A DNA stretch of 64,000 nucleotides from Elusimicrobiaceae bacterium (GTDB taxonomy: Bacteria; Elusimicrobiota; Elusimicrobia; Elusimicrobiales; Elusimicrobiaceae). Below the pieces are notes generated by a model that saw only the letters and a list, made by a program, of their open reading frames with translations, was not told the DNA's origin and ran no database searches. Where the stretch lies: NCBI GenBank assembly GCA_045643265.1, contig JAZUKK010000026.1, forward strand, positions 9,250 through 73,249, in the 5' to 3' direction. Positions 1-8,423 of the stretch are shown here, piece by piece (position 1 is the stretch's first letter; every line of letters begins with the position of its first letter). The position numbers and the translations under genes were made by a program.

Positions 1-600
1 TACCAACTTATTGAAGACATACAAGAGGCCGAAAAAGCAACAGATGTGTTAGAGCATAAAATCAATGTGTATTTAACAAAACTGACACATGGAAACTTAT
101 CGCGCCACGCCGTAGCGCAATCGTTTATGCTCTTTGATGTAGTAACCAGCATTGAACGGATGGGCGATTGCGGTGAAAAAATCGCACGCATTTTGGAAAA
201 ATTCCATACCAAAGAACCTTTTTCGCCCGCTGATATTGAAGATCTGGAAACGATTACCCGCACCGTAAAAGAAATTACTAAACGCCCCCGCCGTTTGCTA
301 ATAGAGGCGACCCAGAAATCGCCGGAATCTGCCGAAACGAACCGCCAACAGTTTGAGCAGGCCGTTAAAGAAGAAAATAACCTTAACACGTTGCGTAAAC
401 AACTCTTACGGGATAGACGGGACCGCATTTTAGACGGCCGGCAAAATTCGTCGCCGGACGCCATTACGGCGTATGCCGATATTGTTAACAATTTAGAGCG
501 TATTGGCGATTATGCATTACGCATTGATGAGAATTTATTAGGATTTCACGCACAAGACAGTATCCCTGTGCTTGAAAAGGAGACTCCGTATGAAATTTAG
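1..600 (+). CDS. Na/Pi cotransporter family protein, C-terminal PhoU-like domains (5' partial)
   Basis: Frame is open from base 1 (YQLIEDIQEAEKATDVLEHKIN). Two PhoU-like helical repeats, ending in DVVTSIERMGD and DIVNNLERIGDY. Confidence 0.65.
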   Translation, partial: YQLIEDIQEAEKATDVLEHKINVYLTKLTHGNLSRHAVAQSFMLFDVVTSIERMGDCGEKIARILEKFHTKEPFSPADIEDLETITRTVKEITKRPRRLLIEATQKSPESAETNRQQFEQAVKEENNLNTLRKQLLRDRRDRILDGRQNSSPDAITAYADIVNNLERIGDYALRIDENLLGFHAQDSIPVLEKETPYEI

Positions 601-919
601 TCCGCTGGTTGTATTAACTGATCTTAAAACCTTTTTCCCCATGGTGTGGGCCATCCTGCGCGGCAAGTATAAAATGCCGTGGGGCACGCTTATTTGGGCG
701 CTTGTATGCGCGGTGTATTTAATTAGTCCGACGGATGTCGTGCCGGACATTTTGCCGCTATTAGGTATTACGGACGACGGGGCTTTCCTGGTTTGGGTGC
801 TGATGTTACTGCACAAAGACTTGGGAACGTTTCGCCAACAACAAATCGCCAAACCGGCGGTTATTTTAGACGCTGAGGTTATTAAAACAGATAAAGATAC
901 GGCTGTTGAAAAAAAATGA
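590..919 (+). CDS. YkvA/DUF1232 family small membrane protein
   Basis: YLISPTDVVPDILPLLGITDD signature. AAGGAG precedes the ATG at 590. Confidence 0.85.
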   Translation: MKFSPLVVLTDLKTFFPMVWAILRGKYKMPWGTLIWALVCAVYLISPTDVVPDILPLLGITDDGAFLVWVLMLLHKDLGTFRQQQIAKPAVILDAEVIKTDKDTAVEKK

Positions 920-3159
920 TGAAAAAACCCGCTCAATTAGTCATTAAAATTATATTGGTTTTAGCAGTTCTGTCCGTGCTGGGCTTATTGGCCCTTCGCT
1001 TGATGTTCCCGCCGGAAAGAATCAAGCAAATGACGCTCAATTACGCCAAAAACACCTTGCACCGCGAAATCAAATTTGACCGGATATCTTTTAATCTGAT
1101 TGGCATTACGTTAACAAACTTTGCCATGTCCGAAGAAGATTCTTTCGCAAACGGTACTTTTATTAAAGCAGACCGCGTGGAAGCCAAGGCCGCGCTGGGG
1201 CCGTTACTCAAAAAACGGGTAGAAATTGCCACCATACGCATAGACGGATTGGACGTTTTTACTCAAAAGAATAAAGACGGCTCTTTTAATTTTGGGCTCT
1301 TATCTTCGTCCGAAGAAACCGAACCCAATATACCCGCCGACGAAAAAGCCAAATCAAGCGACGAACCCGCGTTTGCGGTTACCGCCCAATTTATCAAAAT
1401 ACACGATTGCGATTTTTATTACAAAGATTTGCAAAGCGGCTTTTCCGGCAGTTTAGAAGACATAGATATTCAACTGGCCCATGTGGCTTTAGATAAACCG
1501 TTCCCGGTTACCGTTTCTTTAACCAGCCAAGCCACCGATTCGGACGGGAGGACGGTTTCTATTCCCGTTACCGTCAATTTAACGGTCTTTTTGGCTAATT
1601 TGGTACAACCGCAAGCGTATGCAGAAATTACCCATACACAAGCCCAGTACAATCACGTTACGTTTACCCTGCAAGGCAAGGTGGAAAATTTTGAAAATCC
1701 GCAAGTTAATTTATCCGGTTCGCTGTCCGGGGTAGACAATACGGCTCTTGAAGATTTATTGCCAAACTTACCCAACTTTGCACTTCCTACCTTATCTTTT
1801 GCGTTGCAAGTTTCGGCTAATTTGCAAGACGCCGCCGCACATATTCAAAATTTGGCCCTGCACATACAGGACAGCGCGTTGCGTGTCAAAGGCGATCTGG
1901 GGTGGGGGGAAGAAACCGTCACCTATAATTTGAACGGAGAAATACAAGCCAATATTGCCCAACTGGTCAAAATGACCGACGACACCGGTTTTGACCACCC
2001 GAAAGGCACCCTAACGGCCACGCTTAGTGCTACGGACAAAAAAGACGGCAAAGACGTCCGCGGTACGCTCACGCTCCAAGATCTAAGCGCGCTTTATCCG
2101 CCGTTTGCACTTACCCAAACAAACGGTACGATTTCAATTAAATCATTAGATGATATTTCTTGTTCCTCTCTTACCGGACGCTTAAACAACGAAAAATTCA
2201 CGTCCTCGTTTGCGTATAAGAATATCAAAGAGGTACTAGATTTAACGCTCAAAGCCAATTTAGAAAAACTTACTTTGGACAAACTGCCCTTTTCCTCAGG
2301 CACCCCGGACGAGTCAACCCAACCCGATTCTTCCGCGGCGGCTTCCCAAACGGGGAAGGAACAAACCTATATGAATATCAACGCAGATGTTACGGTGGGC
2401 GAAGTAAATATCCCGTATTTCCGCACAGAAGGGACCAACGTACAAGCCGCCTTACAACGGGTAAGTGCCGATATGCAAAAAGCCAACGGTACGGTTTCGT
2501 TTACCTTGCAACCCGGTGCCGTTACCGATATGGACACGCTGCTTACCCAAAGCAAAATTGTTAAAATTATTCTTCTGCCGATAGGGTTACTTAATAAAGT
2601 GGGCAAAAAATTAAATATCAATCTTTTTGAAGAAGAAACGCAAGCCAAAAAAGGTAAAATTGACTTCACAAAAGCCGAAGGAAAATACACGTTTACAAAC
2701 GGGGTAATGAATTTAGATTCCACTACGTTTGAATCGGAACTGACAAACCTTAATGCAACCGGTACCGTAGATTTTACCACCCACGCACTGGATATGAAAG
2801 TATCGGCTACGTTGCTGACTAAACAAACCCCGGCCATCATTAAAATTGGCGGTACCATGGAAAACCCAACGGGAAAATTAGATGTACTCCATACGGTTAC
2901 TTCGATAGTGGGGGGATTGTTAACGTATCAAACCGCTAAAGACGCCGTAACCGGCAGTGCGGATGTGGCGGCCGCAGCCGGAACAAGTGCCGCAAAAGCG
3001 ACCGCGCAGGTCGCTACCGATACAGCCAAAGGCGTTTCATCCATGGCAACCGGTACCGCCAAAAATACGGCTAACGCCGCCAAGGCAACCTTTAAGGCCA
3101 TCGGTAATTTATTTAAGAAAAGCGAACCAACTGACGAAGAACAACCCGCTACCAACTAA
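916..3159 (+). CDS. AsmA family protein
   Basis: N-terminal membrane anchor, beta-rich body (LLKKRVEI, NKDGSFNF), AsmA-like C-terminus (LNATGTVDF, IKIGGTMENP) and an Ala/Thr/Lys-rich tail. Confidence 0.8.
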   Translation: MMKKPAQLVIKIILVLAVLSVLGLLALRLMFPPERIKQMTLNYAKNTLHREIKFDRISFNLIGITLTNFAMSEEDSFANGTFIKADRVEAKAALGPLLKKRVEIATIRIDGLDVFTQKNKDGSFNFGLLSSSEETEPNIPADEKAKSSDEPAFAVTAQFIKIHDCDFYYKDLQSGFSGSLEDIDIQLAHVALDKPFPVTVSLTSQATDSDGRTVSIPVTVNLTVFLANLVQPQAYAEITHTQAQYNHVTFTLQGKVENFENPQVNLSGSLSGVDNTALEDLLPNLPNFALPTLSFALQVSANLQDAAAHIQNLALHIQDSALRVKGDLGWGEETVTYNLNGEIQANIAQLVKMTDDTGFDHPKGTLTATLSATDKKDGKDVRGTLTLQDLSALYPPFALTQTNGTISIKSLDDISCSSLTGRLNNEKFTSSFAYKNIKEVLDLTLKANLEKLTLDKLPFSSGTPDESTQPDSSAAASQTGKEQTYMNINADVTVGEVNIPYFRTEGTNVQAALQRVSADMQKANGTVSFTLQPGAVTDMDTLLTQSKIVKIILLPIGLLNKVGKKLNINLFEEETQAKKGKIDFTKAEGKYTFTNGVMNLDSTTFESELTNLNATGTVDFTTHALDMKVSATLLTKQTPAIIKIGGTMENPTGKLDVLHTVTSIVGGLLTYQTAKDAVTGSADVAAAAGTSAAKATAQVATDTAKGVSSMATGTAKNTANAAKATFKAIGNLFKKSEPTDEEQPATN

Positions 3160-3197
3160 AAACCCCTACACGGTTAGTTGATATACAAAAGTTATTT

Positions 3198-3228
3198 CAA
3201 AAGGCCCAGAGAGAATCTGGGCCTTTTG
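3198..3228 (+). terminator. Intrinsic terminator
   Basis: CAAAAGGCCCAGA-gagaa-TCTGGGCCTTTTG after the asmA-like gene. Confidence 0.75.
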
Positions 3229-3279
3229 ACTCTTGGCATAACGCTCTATTCCCTTTATACTCATGGAAAGGAGAATGTT

Positions 3280-4821
3280 ATGAAAAAATTTTTGATTTGT
3301 TTATTAACAAGCCTTTTTATAGCGGTATCTATCCCTGCCTCCGCCCAAATCCCCAAGGGAGCCAAACAGGTTTGCAGAGCCTTCACCGCAACACCTCTCG
3401 TTGTTAAGGGTGGTTCTTCATACAAAATTCCCTCTAGTGGCGTGCGTACTCGTTTTACCAATAACGCCACACCCCTAACCGAGTCGGGCGCAACAACGCA
3501 GACGCCGTTATCAACTACCGTACAGCAACGTGTAGAGGAACTGGAACCATTGTCTTGCGAAACGTTACACTGGCCTTTCTTTCGCCACCACACGTTCAGT
3601 AGAAAAAATTTTCCGCAGGGAACGTACAAATTAAATTTGCCCAAAGATAACCGCTCCTTGGCCGAAATGTGGGGGCTTCTTTCCTATCCCATAAACTCGT
3701 TCCTCCCGGCGCATGTCAACCTTCTGGAAATTTCCAAACTATTGGATAACATTAAATTTGCGATCAAAATAACGCCCGAGCAGGCCCAGCGGCTCCAATC
3801 CTCCCACCCGATAACTGCTACGTCTTCGTTACAGTTAACCCCCAAGCAACTCCAACGCGTTCAAGAGGCAGAAATCTACTTCCGCTCACTTACGTTAGAG
3901 GAAGCCTCGCAGTTTGACGTGCAGTTTTCCCCGGAATTTCGTAAACATGCTTCCGTCTTACGCGCGCCACAAGCGACCGAATACGCGTATTATATCCAAG
4001 GTTCAGGTTTTGAAAACATATATCAACAGACCAAAGAATACAATGGAGAATTAATTTCTGAAGAAGAAGGCTACATCCCCTATTTTATCGGAGATCCAGA
4101 AAAAGGTTGTACTTTAACGCAAATCAATCAAGTTTTTTCAAACGCCCCAAAAACGGATAAACCACTTTTTGTACAAGTAGCGGCTCACGGGAATACAGAT
4201 ACTATCGGCAGATTTCGGGTATATTTTAATGGTGAACCGGTTTATACGCAAAGTCTCATCGCGAGCGTCCAACGCTTACGCCAACAAACGGGTGCGCCGG
4301 AAGTCAACGTGCAGATAGATTCTTGCTCAGGCGGGGCTTGTTTGCTAGAATTTTCCCAGTTACCGGCCGAACAACGCGAAGGAATCAACTTGTTTGTTTT
4401 GGCAGGAACCAACAATTATAACTATACTGATGCATTTACGCTAGCGGCACGGTCCCGCGGTAATACTTCTTATGATATAGCGTTGAATTTAACCGCAGCC
4501 CTGTTAAAAAGTATCGCAAGCGGAAAATTATTAGTTGGAGCGCACATACGCGGGCAATTATTTATGCCTCTAACGGATACCATAAAAGACCCCAGGTTAT
4601 CTAGCATAGGGAGAGAATTGTACAGCTTATTATTGGAAGAACAAACAACCTTCATGGCGTATAACAGAAATTCCGCCCAAATCCTGGATAACCTGCTGAA
4701 TACTTTACGTTCGGATGAACGGTATATCCGTCCCATATATAACGCCGCCGTAGCACAAGGGCGGAGAATTTTCGGCCCCGATTTTGACCGCCTGCTAGCC
4801 GAAGAAGACATCCACCTGTAA
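3280..4821 (+). CDS. Secreted hypothetical protein with a caspase/legumain-like (clan CD) His-Cys motif pair
   Basis: AAGGAG then ATG at 3280. Signal peptide MKKFLICLL...ASA. Motifs LFVQVAAHG and VNVQIDSCSGG, with His and Cys 46 codons apart. Confidence 0.6.
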   Translation: MKKFLICLLTSLFIAVSIPASAQIPKGAKQVCRAFTATPLVVKGGSSYKIPSSGVRTRFTNNATPLTESGATTQTPLSTTVQQRVEELEPLSCETLHWPFFRHHTFSRKNFPQGTYKLNLPKDNRSLAEMWGLLSYPINSFLPAHVNLLEISKLLDNIKFAIKITPEQAQRLQSSHPITATSSLQLTPKQLQRVQEAEIYFRSLTLEEASQFDVQFSPEFRKHASVLRAPQATEYAYYIQGSGFENIYQQTKEYNGELISEEEGYIPYFIGDPEKGCTLTQINQVFSNAPKTDKPLFVQVAAHGNTDTIGRFRVYFNGEPVYTQSLIASVQRLRQQTGAPEVNVQIDSCSGGACLLEFSQLPAEQREGINLFVLAGTNNYNYTDAFTLAARSRGNTSYDIALNLTAALLKSIASGKLLVGAHIRGQLFMPLTDTIKDPRLSSIGRELYSLLLEEQTTFMAYNRNSAQILDNLLNTLRSDERYIRPIYNAAVAQGRRIFGPDFDRLLAEEDIHL

Positions 4822-4881
4822 GAGAATAACTCTACCCGAATAATACAAACAACCCGTATAAAATTTCATATAATAATTTAT

Positions 4882-6162
4882 ATGGGTTTGTTTTTATTAG
4901 GACTAACTAATCTAATTTTCCCGCTAGGCGCGTTAGGCGTTCTGTTCGGGTTTTTATTTTCCGGCCGGCGCGGACTGCTCAAACACTTGGGGCAGGAACT
5001 GCGGGAACGGTTCGGATTAGAAAAAGAAGGTACGCTTATCCAAGGCGCTGTTTGGTTGCATTGCGCCAGCGTAGGCGAAGTGTTATCTATCAAAGAAGTA
5101 ATCACCCAACTTCACGATTTTTACCAACGCGATATTTTAATTACTACCTCTACCCAAGCCGGCAAAGAAACCGCCCTAAAAAATCCGCTCGTCAAACAAG
5201 CCGTTTTAGTGCCGCTTGATTTTTATCCCTCGTGCCGCCGCTTTATCCGCTTAGCCAACCCGTACCGCTTATTTGTAGTGGAACGTGAGATTTGGCCCAA
5301 CTTATTGGAAGCAGCCTATCAAGCCGGCGTACCTACCGCCCTGCTCAACGGCCGTATTTCCAAAAAATCGGCCCGGGCCTATACTTTAATTAAACCGCTT
5401 TTTACGCGTTTACTGACGCACTTAACTTTTGCCGCCTTACAAACTCCAGAAGATGCCAAGCGTTACCGTGCGTTGGGTTTACCCGACGACAAATGCCACG
5501 TCTGCGGCAATGTAAAGTATGACTCGTTAAACGAAAGCCCCGCCAAGACCGAGGAAGTGGACACCTTACTTACCGGATTGGGTTGGCAAGGTAAACCGTT
5601 ACTCGTTTTGGGCAGTACGCACCCGCAGGAAGAAACCATGCTGTTACGGGCCGCGCCGGAACTGATTGAAAAAGGAATTAAAATTATTTTTGCCCCGCGC
5701 CATTTAGAACGCCGGGAAGAAATCCGCCAGGCGTTACGCCAAAGTACGCTGCCCCACGCATTTATGAGTGATGCTTCCATAACCAAACCCATTGATATAC
5801 TCTGCGCTGACGTTATGGGCTTATTACCGGCCTTATACGCGCGCGCTACGCTTAGTTTTGTAGGCGGCTCGGTAGCCCCGCGCGGCGCGCATAATCTATT
5901 AGAACCGGCTATTTTAGCCAAAACCGTACTCTTTGGAAAACATTTTTTCAATACCCCGTCAACCGCGCAAGCCCTGCTAGAAAACGGAGGGGGTATTTTA
6001 GTCAACGAATATACCTTTAAGTCCACCGTGCTGCGTTTAATGCAAGACCCGGAACAGCTGGATAATATGTCCCAAAAGGCCAGACGAACCGCTTTAAGTT
6101 TCAAAGGAGCAATAACAAAAATCAATCAAGTGGTGCAAAATTATGAACGAAAATCAAACTGA
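4882..6162 (+). CDS. waaA: 3-deoxy-D-manno-octulosonic acid (Kdo) transferase
   Basis: VWLHCASVGEV, EREIWPN, GNVKYD, GSTH, PRHLER and HNLLEPA motifs. Confidence 0.92.
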   Translation: MGLFLLGLTNLIFPLGALGVLFGFLFSGRRGLLKHLGQELRERFGLEKEGTLIQGAVWLHCASVGEVLSIKEVITQLHDFYQRDILITTSTQAGKETALKNPLVKQAVLVPLDFYPSCRRFIRLANPYRLFVVEREIWPNLLEAAYQAGVPTALLNGRISKKSARAYTLIKPLFTRLLTHLTFAALQTPEDAKRYRALGLPDDKCHVCGNVKYDSLNESPAKTEEVDTLLTGLGWQGKPLLVLGSTHPQEETMLLRAAPELIEKGIKIIFAPRHLERREEIRQALRQSTLPHAFMSDASITKPIDILCADVMGLLPALYARATLSFVGGSVAPRGAHNLLEPAILAKTVLFGKHFFNTPSTAQALLENGGGILVNEYTFKSTVLRLMQDPEQLDNMSQKARRTALSFKGAITKINQVVQNYERKSN

Positions 6163-7702
6163 AAAACAACCCAATATATTAGTGATCCGCTTATCGTCTT
6201 TAGGCGATATTGTGCTTTCGTCCCCCGTGTACAAAAACATCAAGGCCGCCTGGCCTCAAGCCCGCATTACGCTAATGGTCAAACCCCAATTTGCGCAAGT
6301 GCTGGCCGGACATCCGTACATTGACGAAATTATGGTCGCCAAAAAGGGCTTGTGGGCTAATGTGCGCCAAATTCGCGCCGGCAACTTTACCCACTTGCTG
6401 GATTTACACGTAACGTCCAAAACCATTTTGCTCAGTTTCTTTAGCCGCGTGCCTAACCGCGCCCGCTACGACAAAAACTCCCTCGCCCGGCGGTTATTTG
6501 TACATTTCCGCAAAATGTCGCCCGTGCTTAAAGACAGCCACAATTTAGACAAATACTTGGCTTCGTTAAAAGTGTGGGATATCCCCATAAAATACCGCGA
6601 ATTTCAACTGGGCGATTGGGCCTATAAAAATGTAGAAGGCAACGGCAAAAAAATTAACACTATTGCTATTTTCCAAACTTCGTTTATCGGCGATAGCGTA
6701 CTTACTACGCCGCTGATTAAAAAAACGGCCAAACTGTTCCCGGACGCTAAAATTGTCGTCATTACCCGCCCACAAACGCAAGACATTTTCCGCCCGCTCA
6801 AAGAAGTATCGCAAATTATTTTGAACGATAAAAAAGGGTGGAACAAAATTGCCGGCGTATGGAAAACCGCCAAAGCCATCCGCGATACGCAAGCCGATAT
6901 TTTGCTCGTTCCGCACCGCAGTTTTAGAAGCGCACTGATTGCGTGGCTTTCGCGCGTGCCGATACGGATTGGGTTTACGTCTAGCGAAGGGTGGTTCTTC
7001 TATACGAAAACGGTGCCGTTCTCTTGGATGATTCACGACGCGGAACGCAATTTATCGCTCTTGCAAGGGATTGCCAAAGAAAACTTTACCGCCGAAAAAT
7101 TAAATATGAATTACGCGCCTTCCGCCGAAGAAAACGTAGATCGTTTAATGAAAGATTTTAACTTGGAAGGTAAAACGCTGATCGGTATTCACGCCGGTAG
7201 CGCGTGGCCGACCAAATGCTGGCCCATGGAGTATTTTGTAAAACTAATCAGCCGTTTGCAAACCGAACTGGGCGTGCAAGTGGTGCTGATCGGCGGCGGA
7301 AAAAAAGATACGGACTTGGGCGAAAAAATCTGCCAACTTTCTATTGGACACGCCGCCAGTTTATGCGGCAAAACCAGTTTGGCCGATTTAATGGCCCTTA
7401 TGCAACATTTCAAACTGTTTATTACCAATGATTCCGGCCCTATGCATATTGCCACGGCTTTTGGCGTGCCGACCCTCGCCATCTTCGGGCCGACCACGCG
7501 CGAACTGGGTTTCTTCCCGTATGGGGAAGGCCACCGCGTCATGGAAGTAAAAGACCTGCCCTGCCGCCCGTGTGCTTTGCACGGGGGGAAGAAATGCCCG
7601 AAAAAACACTTCAAATGTATGCGCGACATTTCGCCGGACTTAGTTTTTGAAAACGCCAAAAAAATGTTAGAAAAAGCCGGCGTAATTCCGGTAAAAAAAT
7701 AA
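6143..7702 (+). CDS. GT9 LPS heptosyltransferase with a duplicated N-terminal domain (WaaF-like)
   Basis: RLSSLGDIVL starts domain N1 and QTSFIGDSVL starts domain N2. Only one C-domain is present (GSAWPTKCWP, TNDSGPMHIA, FGPT). Confidence 0.85.
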   Translation: MNENQTEKQPNILVIRLSSLGDIVLSSPVYKNIKAAWPQARITLMVKPQFAQVLAGHPYIDEIMVAKKGLWANVRQIRAGNFTHLLDLHVTSKTILLSFFSRVPNRARYDKNSLARRLFVHFRKMSPVLKDSHNLDKYLASLKVWDIPIKYREFQLGDWAYKNVEGNGKKINTIAIFQTSFIGDSVLTTPLIKKTAKLFPDAKIVVITRPQTQDIFRPLKEVSQIILNDKKGWNKIAGVWKTAKAIRDTQADILLVPHRSFRSALIAWLSRVPIRIGFTSSEGWFFYTKTVPFSWMIHDAERNLSLLQGIAKENFTAEKLNMNYAPSAEENVDRLMKDFNLEGKTLIGIHAGSAWPTKCWPMEYFVKLISRLQTELGVQVVLIGGGKKDTDLGEKICQLSIGHAASLCGKTSLADLMALMQHFKLFITNDSGPMHIATAFGVPTLAIFGPTTRELGFFPYGEGHRVMEVKDLPCRPCALHGGKKCPKKHFKCMRDISPDLVFENAKKMLEKAGVIPVKK

Positions 7703-7716
7703 AGTTGTTTTTCAGT

Positions 7717-7752
7717 AAAAGCACCCCGGGTTTTCACCCGGGGTGTTCTTTT
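7717..7752. terminator. Bidirectional intrinsic terminator
   Basis: AAAAGCACCCCGGG-ttttca-CCCGGGGTGTTCTTTT between convergent genes. Confidence 0.75.
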
Positions 7753-7799
7753 AATACCCAGAACGTATATTTGGGTTATCCAATCCGTTTTTCCAGTTA

Positions 7800-8261
7800 C
7801 TAAAAATCGTCCTCGGGATGTTCATCCAGTGCTTCGCGCGTGGCCCGGAACAACGCCTTAATTTCTTTCATTTTTTCAAGCGGCAGCCAAATCCCTTTTT
7901 TCGTCCATCCTTTATCTTCTTCCCATTGGCGCAAGGCCAGCCCGCGGTGATTTTTGAAACTCGCCACTTCCACAACTACGCAAATACCGGGCCGCTTGGC
8001 AAATTTGCCCACCGGGCCGTTTTTGATTTCTTGTTCCGTATCCGGCAAAGCGGCAATCCGCGGTTCTAATACACGCACAATCTCCGGCGAGAGCGTGAGC
8101 CCGTCGCGCATAGGCGTCCACAAACCGTCCAAATTCACATACCGCCGGATAGATACATAATGGAAATTCCGGTACACATCAATATTAAACCGGATTTCGC
8201 CGGTATTATCCAACCCCAACGTTCCTATTTCGCGCAATACAGTAAAACTGCTTTCTCCCAT
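7800..8261 (-). CDS. Tandem PC4/YdbC-like putative ssDNA-binding protein
   Basis: Two PC4-like units (YVSIRRY...PMRDGLTL and LALRQW...TKKGIWL) and an acidic C-terminus DEHPEDDF. Start set at MGESS. Confidence 0.6.
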   Translation of the reverse strand: MGESSFTVLREIGTLGLDNTGEIRFNIDVYRNFHYVSIRRYVNLDGLWTPMRDGLTLSPEIVRVLEPRIAALPDTEQEIKNGPVGKFAKRPGICVVVEVASFKNHRGLALRQWEEDKGWTKKGIWLPLEKMKEIKALFRATREALDEHPEDDF

Positions 8262-8423
8262 ACAATTCACCCCACCGGCCCCCATAATATTCCCTCTGTT
8301 ACGAAACCGGAAAATATGATATGATGTTACTAGTTATATTTTAATGTTGGCGGACCATAAAATCAAGTCGTTTTTATGTGTACCCCGGAAAACAATTTTT
8401 GAATTTATTTTTGCAGGGAATTT

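Noticed and set aside
3178-3279. Longest-ORF N-terminal extensions (also 8262-8285, 28165-28200, 36898-36972, 49977-50033, 56281-56328, 57541-57615)
   Set aside because: Downstream ATGs fit the expected protein start better and mostly have a clear RBS; several extensions run through terminators or hairpins.
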